A stretch of 64,000 bases of DNA, taken from NCBI GenBank assembly GCA_024679065.1, contig JAGIQG010000026.1, forward strand, positions 28,086,001-28,150,000, in the 5' to 3' direction. How positions within the stretch are numbered: position 1 is the first letter of the stretch; each line of letters begins with the position of its first letter. Under the pieces are notes generated by a model, which saw only the letters and a program-made list of their open reading frames with translations, did no database searches and was not told the DNA's origin. The stretch comes from Sphyrna mokarran (lineage: Eukaryota). Shown piece by piece: positions 38,201 through 50,200 of the stretch. The position numbers were made by a program, and so were the translations under genes.

Positions 38201-41200
38201 GGCAGTAACACTCCCTCTAGAGCCAGGGGAAGCCAGAAGGACAGGGTGTAGTAAGAGCTAGAAGAAGGGGTTGGGCCGGCTTGGGAAGAGAAATCAGAGC
38301 AGTGCAGGGAAGCGTCAGATAGGGAGGTTTTGGGGGTTTGAGGGGAGGACCCCAGCTGGAAGGATGGTTGACAGGGTTGGAGCTGGAGTGGGATGGCTGT
38401 GGTGATCCCTTAGTGGGAGGGGGATTGTTTATCGGTTGTCCCCTGTATGGCTGGGTCTGAAGTCAGTGTGGAAGTGTTTCTTTTCTTGTATCTCTAAGAG
38501 TAACTATGAGGATATAATTGGCTGAACCATTTGAAGTTAAAGTTTTAAATCGCTGCTGTGATAGTTCCAACAGCACAATTGTCCAGACAAGTTAACATTT
38601 CTGAGCAATTGCCAGGTAAATCCTTAGGTGGGAACTTCCAAGAGTGATTTCCCAGTGCATCACTGGGGTATCAGGAAGTTTATGGATCAATATTTTCAAA
38701 CAGGCACAGAATAAAACATGAGAACCAATCAAATGAACATGCTTACCTTCTGCATCTTCAGGACTGGAGGTATCTACTGGCCTCTAAAATATAAAAAAAG
38801 CCCATTATTCTCAAATTTTCCTAGTTCTATTGATTACACTTAAAAGCACACTTCTCCCTGCCACCTACCAACATGAGACGGCAGTGTCATAATTGAAAAC
38901 AAAAAGAACAATAATTTAAAAGACTTAATTATGAAAGCCAAAGATCTAGTAATCAAGCAATATTCATTTGGGGCTATATTTAAAAGTTACTGCAGAGTAT
39001 TTTTAAAAAATGAAATGCTGTAATAAATGTAATAAAAGATCCAAATCATATTGCAAGGCACCTGATTTGGATCAAAGTTTGCATCAGGTTTAGTCTGAAT
39101 CAAGTTTAGTTCCTTTTGCTCAATCTTTTGCATATTCAGTTACCCAGATTTCAGGAAAACTAACCGTGGCAACATTTTTGTTTTGATAAAAACTTTGCAC
39201 AGATTTTGACCCATCATATGATCTATTTCTACACAGAACATTTTCAGTTCTGCAATGTCAAGTGTGAACACTTGATGCAATAAATTAGACAACATTATTG
39301 AATACATTTCAGAGTTCAGACAGCCAGTAATATTTAAGGATAAATACAGCAAATGTATCAATCGTCAAAAAAAGACACAAAGCTGGTAATTCCAAATGTT
39401 CTGGCAGCATCCACAAATGTTAATCATCCTAGCTCTAGTGAAACAAAGGCTTAAGCTCACAAGTTTCTCTTTATAACCATAAAACGTCAACCATCATAAT
39501 CATGCCAGTGAAACAATGCTGCATTTTTCATCATCTTCCTAGAATTTTTATAAAAATATGCTCAAAACTATTTAAAATATTTCAAATTTAGCATAATGTC
39601 TACAACTTCAATATTATTTACTTGCTTTTTCATTCAATGTCACATTAACAAAATGGTTGACAGCATTAGATGGAATGATACATGGACATCTAAAAAGTAC
39701 TGGCATTATTGAAACATGATGTGGAGATGCCAGCGTTGGACTGGGGTAAACTCAGTAAGAGGTCTGACAACACCAATTTTAAATCCAACCGATTTATTTG
39801 ATAGTAAACTTGCTAGCTTTCGGCCTTTGTGCCTTCATCAGGCGAATGAGATGTTCTGGTCTGCAATGTTCATTGACCAGAACACCTCATTCGCCTGACG
39901 AAGGCACAAAGACCGAAAGCTAGCAAGTTTACTATCAAATAAATCGGTTGGATTTAAAATTGGTGTTGTCAAACCTATTATTGAAACAGTCAGCAAAGTT
40001 TCAAACACAGCACACTACACCATGCAAACTTCCTGGAGTTCTTTTGCAAATAACAAAGCCAGCTAAAAGGCAGAGCTCTTTCCTTGAAACTAGTACATAA
40101 AATTCAAACTGATGGAGCAGTTGACAAGTTAACTATTAAACGGATTGAGAATGTGCAATACCACAGTGATCTCCTGAGCTAGCTACTAAGGCAAAACTCT
40201 GCAATCAGTTAAATGCTTGTATGGAACTGAGAGCTGGAGAGATCAAGTGACAGCCCTCATCTGTAATTACGTTTGTGACCAGTATGCAAAGGATAGTGAT
40301 GAAAAAAATCAAAATGTTACATGACAGAAGCAGGTAGTTAATCATCCTAGCTCTAATAAAATAAAGATTTAACCTCAAGTTTATAACCGTAAACTGTCAA
40401 CCATCATAATATGCCAGTGAAACAATGCTGCATTTTTCATTACCTTCCTACAATTTTTATAAAGCTCAAAACTATTTGAAATATTCCAAATATATTACAA
40501 TATAATATTCTACAACTTCAATATTATTTACTTGCTTTTTTATTCAACGTCACAATAGAAACAAGAATTTTACTTGCTTCTTCTTGACCATATCTATTTA
40601 TGGTGCTGCCTTTAGTGATCTGTGCACATGGGCATTACAGTGACAAACATAGATGCTTCATAGTATCAGGAGCCCGGGTCCAATTCCAGACTCGGATGAC
40701 TGCCTATGCGGAGTCTGCACATTCTCCCCATGTCTGCATGGGTTTCCTCTGGGTGCCCCAGTTCCCTCCCACAGTTCAAAACGTGCAGGTTAGGTGGATT
40801 GGCCATGCTAAATTGCTCCTTAGTGACCAAAGATTTGTAGGTTAGAGGGATTAGCCATGGTAAATGCACAAGGTTATGGGGAGGTTTGACAGCATTTTAA
40901 ATTTGATAGCATTTGATAATTCTGAACAATAGGTTATCAAAAGACAACATGTATCTCAAGTCTGCACCAGTGCTTTTTCAAGAAGCACCTAGTTTAATTG
41001 CACTCTTTCTTGTTCTTCCATCTCTCAATTGTAGTTTTTCAAGAAACCATCCAACTCCTTTTGGAAGAGTTTATGAACTTGGCTTCAATAAAGATTTGTG
41101 GCAGACAATTCCCATTTTTAATAAAATCACTTGGTCAAATAACTATTTCCAATCTCTCCTTTAATTCTAAAATTTGTGCTCTTTATTTAATATCTCATTG

Positions 41201-44200
41201 ATCAATAGACTGAAGCAAACTGCCAGCACACACACACATGCCGAATGACTCTCTGCACTCGAAACATCGAAGGTCTGTATCATGATCCTGACAATTTTGA
41301 TTTTTCTTTTTACATGAACCGTTATTGTCTGCAAAACTTACCCAAAAGCCCCAGGATCCCAACACAGTTAAAGTCTTTTTCTGGGAATTATGAAATATGT
41401 GATTCCAAGTTTAACATCTCCTACTTGGCTGAATCTTTGCAACAGAAACCAATAATTTATTGAGCTCAGTAAATAATACCAATATTGTTCCAGAATTCAG
41501 TAAATTACAATCAAATTAACTTATGATGTTTTGTGGTTATCTTACATAGTGGGATTGACAGCCTCCTCAGACTCAATGCATAAACCCAAGAACTGAAGTA
41601 CTTCATCACAATATTCACAGGACAAGTTGATAATGCAGTTAAGAAAGTGTATTGAAATGATGGCTTTGTAAATGTGGGTATTGAAAAAAAAACAAGGAAA
41701 TCATTTGTGACCTTCACAGATCACTGGTCAGGTCTCAGCTGGAATACTGTCTAGAACACTAGGCAACACATTTTAGATAGGAAATTAAAAAGACTTGGAA
41801 AAAATACAAGGGAGATTTATCAGGAATGAAGAACTTTAGTTATGTGAAGAGAATGGAATGCACCACCCTGTACCTGAAACAGTGGTAGGAACAAACGCCA
41901 TAGGAACTTTCAAAAAGCACTTATATTAACATGTAATTGTACAGGATTAATATAGTGATTATGGGGTATGCCTCCATCTATGTCACAAAATATATCTGGA
42001 GTCACTGCTGAGAATTATTGTACAAAATGCAGGTACAAGCATTATCTATCTTGGGAACAGGTTGCAAGATTAATTTGGATGAAGACAGTGAATGAAGATT
42101 ACCTTAAGCTCACCCATTTATAAACATTTACAGTCCCTTATGCACAGTTTTCTAAATGATTCCAAATATCTTGCAGTCAAGTTTAATCTAACTGTACTTG
42201 CATCTAAAAGTACTTACTCTCCATGTGAGGAAATTTTTGACAAATTGCAAGCTTGTCTTTCATTAGTTTGAACCCACGTAAGAGGTGTTTTATCCTCCAG
42301 ATACCACTTATCTTGAAGTAAAAGTCTCTCCCAATAACTTACATATACCAACCCAGACACCGTTTTTATGTAACTCAGAGGCAACTATAAGAAATCCCAT
42401 AAATGTTGCTCATTACAGACTTGGAAATATGGAGGAAAGCCGTCAGTAGCAAGAATAGGTTATGAATGACTCGCACCCAATTATTTTGCTAAGTTTTAAA
42501 CTTTTCCCCAGGAATCTGTCCTTTATCAGCTATCACTCTTTTCTCCACAGTCCCCTGCTAACTCCTCCCTCTAACAGTAATTTAGCTTGTCTGCTCCCTG
42601 GCCTTTTCTTTGCATCTCCGCAATTCTTTTCCCTTCAAGGTATCTTTTGTAAAGATATTGGTGAACCACAACTGAATCTGCCTCCATTACCTTTTCTGAG
42701 ACCGTATTCCAGATCGTAACTACCCACAGCATTAAAAAAGTTCTTTCACATATGATTATTTTTGCAAATCATTTTAAAATCGGTGTCTCAATCTTTCTGC
42801 TTGTGGGAATAGTTTAGAACATAGAACATTACAGCGCAGAACAGGCCCTTCAGCCCTCGATGTTGCGCCGACCAATTAGGAACAAGCAGTGACCCTCTAA
42901 CCTAAACCATTCCCTTTTCATCCATAAACTTATCTACTAACCTCTTAAACGCCACCAAACTTGGCGCATCTACAACTGACGCAGGCAAGGCATTCCATAC
43001 CCTTACCACCCTCTGGGTAAAGAACCTACCTCTGACATCTGTCCTAAAACCACCACCCCTTAATTTAAAGCTATGTCCCCTCGTGCTAGCTTTCTCCATC
43101 CTAGGAAAAAGGCTAGGATGGAGTTTGTCCATCTACACTGTCAAGATCCCTCATGATCTTCAGTACCTCTACCAAATGTCCTCTTGAAAACTCTAATCTT
43201 CTTCAATCTATCTCTGGACCCATTATTTTCTGCATCTGCGCTAAAGTTTTCATATTCTTCCTGAGATACAGTGCCAAGAATTGGTTATCATACCCCTGCT
43301 GAGGCCAAACCACTGTTTTATAAAGGTTCTTTATTTCTTCTTTATTTTGTACCATGCACTGAAACTCAGATTTCCTTATGACTTTTTCACCACTTTGTCA
43401 ACCTGCTTTCCATCTTCAAGTATTTGCGCATTTATATCCCACAGGTATATCTGCTCCTGTAATGTACTGGACAACATCATTGCAGTAGTGCCCAATGTAA
43501 TTGCACTAAAGTAGTTATTTTCCCAAGGCAATTAATTAATGCTGCCTGTTTGAGGTAGATTATGAAATGTTTAAAATGTAAAAGCCAAAGCATATTTTTA
43601 GAAAGTGGGTAAGGACATTCACCGTCTGGTTATGAACTCTTACAGCAAAAGAATTTCACCACTTCAAATCTGTGTGCAAAAGTTATGCAAATATATGCCT
43701 CCTGATAGTAAACTTGAAGATACCAAATAACTTCAAATTCTAAAATTGTATTTTCACAGATAAAGATGAATTCATAGATGCATTAACTGTTGATACCATT
43801 TATATTTTAGAAAGTAAAATTATTGTCTTCTAAAATAAATCTTGTTATTTATAACATTGATGAAATTTAAGGATAAATTACATTGCCTAATACAAACTTA
43901 AAGAAAAGCAGGTGCCAACAATGCTCACATATCCTACTATTGTGAGACTTATAAATCTGTGTGGCTAATAATTGCGGGTCAGATTTTGAAGAAAGAATGA
44001 CAGCACTGGAAGGCTGTATACTGTTATTAAACTGCAAATCAGCCTGAACTTGAGAGAGCGAAATAACACTTGAATTGCAAATCACTACAACTAGCCAGCT
44101 GACTGCACTGCTCCATTATTGTGAAAAGCTAAGTCTAGCAAAATTAACAATGTAAGTGCCAGTTTAAAGATATCATAATTGTTAATGACTGCTTACTCAG

Positions 44201-47200
44201 AAAATAAGCAAAAGTATGGAATTTCTTTCAAGTTTTGAATTGTTGCTGGAAATTTTCAAAATGTAAAAATTGCCTTTTTTGCTTGTAGTAAAACGTATTA
44301 TACTCCAACGTATTCCCCTCTGTTAAATTATCTTTCTGTTCATATTTTGATATTGATTCACCAACTCTAATTCACTTTCCTTCTCTGTCTTTCCTCTGCT
44401 TATTGTTCAATCCTTTCTTCTACTTGAGATAGGCTGTTTATTCCCTCATTCTTCAAAATCCCAAATACCCTGCTGCCCTTTTGTTATCAGCAAGCACTAG
44501 CAGCAACTTCATGGGTGTTTTTTTCTGAAAGCTGAAAAGGTTATCTAACACAACACAGTATGCCACATTTCAAAAAAGACTGGGATTTTTTTTTTGGGGG
44601 GGGGGGGGGGTTAATTAATCTCAAGTTATTCTGATTCAAATTGCCAGTACCTCCCTTGTGCTTGTCCAATCCCTGAACAAGTTCCAAGGTAATTTAGTGA
44701 TTTGCAAAATGCCACCAATTTCTGTAAATTTCTAATCTATTTCACTGGAGTATGTTCCTTTTCGTTTCACGAGGAACCAATCCTGATCTCTTTTATATTG
44801 CACTTCTGTATCTTAAGCCAAATTCTCTCGCATTTCTGGATTCAATTACTCCAACATTCTCTCATCTGAAACTTGGTGTCTTTGAGAAATTCCTTGTATT
44901 TATTGTTACCTTGTTTGATGGCGGTGTAGGCGAGGTCATTGGTTCAAGTTTTTCCTATAAACACAGCAATTATGATAAACATTTTTAAAATCCTAAATAT
45001 AAAAATCAAAATTCAATACAATACTTTAAATATAATTTAACTTAATACAGTACAATATAAAACAGAAATACAAATTAACAAATAGGACACTGGGTAATAT
45101 TTTAAACTTTTTCTCAACAAATTCCTACTTTGTATTCTTTCAGTGAGGCACAGTGCATCTTTTGATAACTCAATAAAATAGTTGTAAATCTCAAGAGTGA
45201 GCTTTGCAAGCTCATTAAACTTCTTGTAGACAGGGAGATGGCAAATGAGAAACATGATAGCCAGAACTGACCCAGTTTTCATCTGATATCTTGGTACAGT
45301 TCCAGGGAATGACTGGATATCAAACAGGGTCCAAAATCATTGCCAATTCTCTTCTTAATTCAGATGTGGCAGCCAATAATAATGCTCTGACCTCATTCCA
45401 ACTGAAATCAGCTACTAATCACAGACTAGAGATCAAGCGTGGGATCTTACTGGTCTGTATAGATGACCTATTCACTATGTAAACCTGACAAAATGTTTGG
45501 GAGAGTACATTTTAACACTAAAACAAACATGAAGCAAAGACAAATAATAGGTAGAGGGCATACAGGGAATAGAGAAAGAGGTTTATTTTCATCGAGACCC
45601 CAAGATGAAGTGAAGAGCCCATAATGAACAGCAACAATGTAAAAGGGCAAACAATAGCAAAGGAAATCAGATAATACAGTACGCAGGCTTAAAAAAAAAA
45701 TCAGAGAAAGAGAAAAAAATAACCTTTATAGCAAGTTCTTCAACATCACTAACATTTAAGGAAGGGTCACAACATATTGAAGGATACCAACAGCATTATA
45801 AAGGATAGGTTAAAATACAAAATAAGCCCAGTAGTGGTTAGCTTACACCCAGCTTAGTTGCACTTGCAAACAAAATGTGGAAAACTGTTTTCGAACGACT
45901 AAAAACAGAATTCCACAATCCAAGTAATCAATAAGGAAAAGGTCAAGATTTGATCTGGTCCGATCAGCCAATAGACCACTAAGCTAATTATACGCTAAAG
46001 CTGCTTAAATTTGAATCACAGAACTGAGGGGGTAAAGATGGGACTGTACCAGGAGAAAAAGGATGGGAAATAATTGTGGTCTTACTGGGAACAAGAATAT
46101 TGAAGTAAAGGGCAAAAGAGTAGTTAAGCAAAGCAACAAGGAGAGAGCTAAAATTGAGGGATCTGGGAATTTTGACAAATAGGTGACTTGAGGAAGAGAT
46201 TTTGCATAGATGATTGCATTGGAATTGAAGGAGAGTAGTAAAATGTGAGCGGTGAGGGAGAAAAATGTGGTTAAAAACTATTTTGTCGTGATTGAGACTA
46301 AAGATGCAAAGGGCGCCAGAGAGAACAAAGTTATTGAGATTGTGGAACATAGGAGTTTACTGAAGTGCAAAATGAAAAGAAAGCACTGAATTTGGAGAAG
46401 AGGAGCAAAGAGGGTTGAGATCAGAGACTATAGTCACCAAGGATGAGGAGAGGCTTGATACAAGAACAAAGAAAAGACAGAAGAGAGACGATCTCAGTGA
46501 GGACATCATCGTGGGCCTTGGAGGTTATAGATTATGATGTTTTCAAATGAATGGCAAGAATAGAGGAGAAGGCATGGGTCAAGAGGGAACCTATTGTTCA
46601 CGTAAGGAGAGCAGATATGACAGCTGTGTCGCTATAATGGAAAATTAGATGGGGCAGTGAAAATTTCAACACAGAAAATAGAAAATATCAGCACAGATAG
46701 ACTTAAAATGCAGTGGACACATCATAAGCACTCTCTGTGGTAATATTTTATGCTTCAACAACCCTCTCCTGTAAAAGAAATTACTCCTTCCTCATTCTCA
46801 GCAAGAATTTTTAATTGATCAGCTTGTCATTGATTTTCCGACTGGATGGAACAGTCCTAACCTATTAAAGCCTCACGAATTTTAAAGCCTCTATTAAACC
46901 TTCTTTTGGTTTTGTCTGCTCCGATGGAAATCCTCTTATTATCACCGGTTTCATCTCAGGCTAGTTTCTAATGTTATCCTAGTAAATTCAAACCGTAATT
47001 ATTTGAAATCCCAGGTGGTTCCGTAGTGCCTGTCCAAAAAGCACTTATTTGCCTTTTCTCCTAAAATGTATTATCTCACTCATATCTACATTAAATTTCA
47101 TCTGTCAGCTATACCCAAGCTTTTCAACTTACGACTTACTGGCACCTTTCTATCTCATTTTTTGGTAAACATTTTACTTTTGTAATTTTAACTGTGTTTC

Positions 47201-50200
47201 TTATATCTGATATATATTATTATTGATTAAATACATACACATGCATAAATTCATCCGAAAGTTCATCTAGCAGACTACTGAAGAATACTTTTTCCAATCT
47301 CTCTCAAAACTGACCAATACCTATGCCTTGTCTCCTGTTCACCAACCAACTGGATTTCAATGTTGTAACATTTATGAGGCACCTGGCACTATGAAGCAGC
47401 TGTGTCAAGAATCTGGGTTCAATCCCAAGCTTAGGTGATCGTCTGTGTGGAGTCTGCACATTCTTCCCATGTCTGCAGGAGTTTACTCCGGGTGATCCAG
47501 TTTCCTCCGATAGTCCAAAAATGTGCAGGTTAGTTGGATTGGCCATATTAAATTGCCCCTTAGTGTCTAAAGATGTATAGATCTTAGATGGATTAGTCAT
47601 GGCAAACGCATGAGGTTATGGGGATTGGGCAAAGGGGAAGGCCTGGTTCAGATACACTTTTGGAGAGTCAGTGCAGATCTGTTGGAATTTCTTCTACTGT
47701 AGGAATTCTAAGATTCCTTCTTGTATCATACACCTGATGACACAAAGCACTTCAAAGTAATTAACTGGTTTTAAGCAGTTTGTAAGAAATTTTATAGAAA
47801 TATTGAGTCAGATTTTGCTGTAGATAAAGAGTGCTCACTATTATTATTGACCAAACCAGACAGCAACTTTAGTGTACACACAATTAAATCTGGAAATTGT
47901 CATCCTAGATGCACTGTTTTCTTTAAGCTGTGCAAAAATAGCATCTTGCCATCTTGATTCCCATTCAAACATATTGAATGGCATTAAGTTTGTCTTGACA
48001 TCGCAGATACTGACTAAATTTATTACAACAGTTAGGCTTGTCCATTCCAGTTTAAGTACCCTTCTCAGACTCTTAATTACTGCCAAACACCGAAAATTAA
48101 CTTTTATATAAAGCAGGAAGAGGTTTAAAATTAAATAATTAAATTCTGGCTTCTATATATCTCTTTCAGTCAATCTTTTCTTCCTGCGATTTAGTTTACT
48201 TTCTGTACTGGATATGGCATTGAATTTGGTAGTCCCCGGTTCAAACTTTATGCTGCCTATTAACAAATCTATAAACTGTATGGTTTACACAATACACTGT
48301 TGTTTGTCCAATTCACAAGATCTCAAATGCTTTGTAGAGAACACTGGACTGTTTGGCTGATAACTTGCCATGCAAGATCCTACAGGCAAGTGTAAGCCTA
48401 ATGAACATCATAGCCTTTCATTCCATTGACACTAATGCTGACCACAAAATCAGCAGACCTCCACATACGAAATAAACATTTATACTACAGGTTTCCAAGT
48501 TCACTTAACCACAAATGCAGTTTTTTGGAGGAATGCCATGCTAGACTAGTCAGATTTGAAAACAGGAATAGAAATTGATATTCTGATAGATACGAGAAGC
48601 TCCTGGGATTTATTTGCTTCTGCTAAGCCACGTGGTGTCATTGTATGGAGAATATATATGTATACATGTGTGTTTTATGTATACATTTATACCAATTGGT
48701 TTCACGGTTATTACTGGACTTTAAATCCAGCTTTTTCTTATTGAATTCAAATGTTACCATCTGCCATTATGAGATTCTAATCAGAAACCCCAGAGATTCC
48801 GAAAATATAACTACACCACTGCCTCTCCAAACATACTTGTTTGGTAATGGATTTAGCAGGGCAAAATAATGAACTTGCGCTGCAGCCATCATATCTACTA
48901 CATAGAAAGACATGGCCATTTAGGGGAGAGGGGCAGATCGAATAACTGATGCACCATGAAGAAAGCAGCACAAAGTCAATGGAGTGAAAATGCCAATCCA
49001 AGCACGAGTTTTGTTACCTTGTTCCAAACAAGGTGACTGAATTTCCTTTCTTCCCTATTACTCCTAGTGTAGAGCATCTCTTACATAAATGCTGCCCTTC
49101 CTGCAAGAGTGAGAAAAACAGGGAACGAGAGAAAGAGTGAGCAGGGTGGAGAATATTAGACATATGGTGAGGGGAGGAGATTAACATCAGATAAGGGAGG
49201 GAGTCTGGCCAAAGTCTTCCTGGAAACACAAGCCAAGGAAAAGGACTTAAATGACAGAAAATACTACAGCATCATATTATGGGAAAACTTAGAGAATGGC
49301 TCCAGGCATTAACACTGCAATTTGGGCCTTTTCAAACATCAATCAACAGTAAAGCTGGATTTTCCGTGGAACAGGAATGTGAGAACCGATTGCTCAATCT
49401 GAAGCAGAATAATCAATAAAAGTGACAGGAAATGGTGCAATTAGAGAAATAGAAAATCAAATTTATTACTGAAATGAGCCGAATAGGATGTAAGAGATGT
49501 GCACATTTGATGGATTGGCCATGCTAAATTGTCCCTTAGTCTCACAAGACATGTAGGTTGGGAGGTTCAGCAAAGCGAATGTGCTGGGTCGAATGCTATA
49601 TTGGAGAGTCAGTGTAGATTCAGTGGGCCAAATAGGATCCCTCTGCATGGTAAAGTTTCTATGAAATACATCACTGGCTCAAGGAAGTAACTGTGTGACA
49701 AATTTACAGAGGCAATTTTGAGTATTAATGTGACTAAATGAATAAATGAATGCATGCCAAATTTTACTATGGTCAAGATGTATAGGTTACTAAAACAAAA
49801 TATAAAACAACATTGGTTTCCCTGTATTTAAACTGTAAAAATGCATTGAGCGCATCAACAATTTAATAGTTGAGGAAGGAAATTATGTAATGGGGAAGTG
49901 TGCTGTATGGAAATTTGCTTTCAACAAGATGCCAAGTAGTTCCTACTTAGTGGCAGATATTGAGAAACAATTAACACAATCATCAGCTCTTTCATTGCTT
50001 AAGGATACATCCATTAAAAAATCTGAGGATATAAACAAAGGATTCAGATAGAGGTGACACTGTTAATCACTTGCCTACACCCAACTTTCTTTCAAGGCTA
50101 CAATTCCCAACCTTTTTTAAGGTTGCCTTTTCTTTATTTCCAATAACTTTTATTACACTATTTTTAAGAACTTTTATTACACATGCCAATAAATCACCCA

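Larger units (their letters stand above)
39717..39976. mobile_element. Young foldback Penelope-type non-autonomous element with 12-bp TSD
   Basis: 102-bp inverted arms (39760-39861 and 39875-39976, 4 mismatches). ATTATTGAAACA is duplicated at 39705-39716 and 39977-39988. Confidence 0.88.
39419..40554. repeat. Diverged local direct duplication of about 220 bp (39419-39644 and 40338-40554)
   Basis: Both copies run ttaatcatcctagctcta...gccagtgaaacaatgctgcatttttcat...tctacaacttcaatattattttacttgcttttt. Confidence 0.92.

Noticed and set aside
37984-38700. GC-richer block with 61-aa ORF between two RANBP3 exons
   Set aside because: No recognisable protein or fitting splice sites; probably a non-autonomous DNA element, but I could not define its ends or family.
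44587-44610. T-run followed by a G15 run as a G-quadruplex
   Set aside because: Simple homopolymer of unreliable length; it reads as poly-C on the pre-mRNA.
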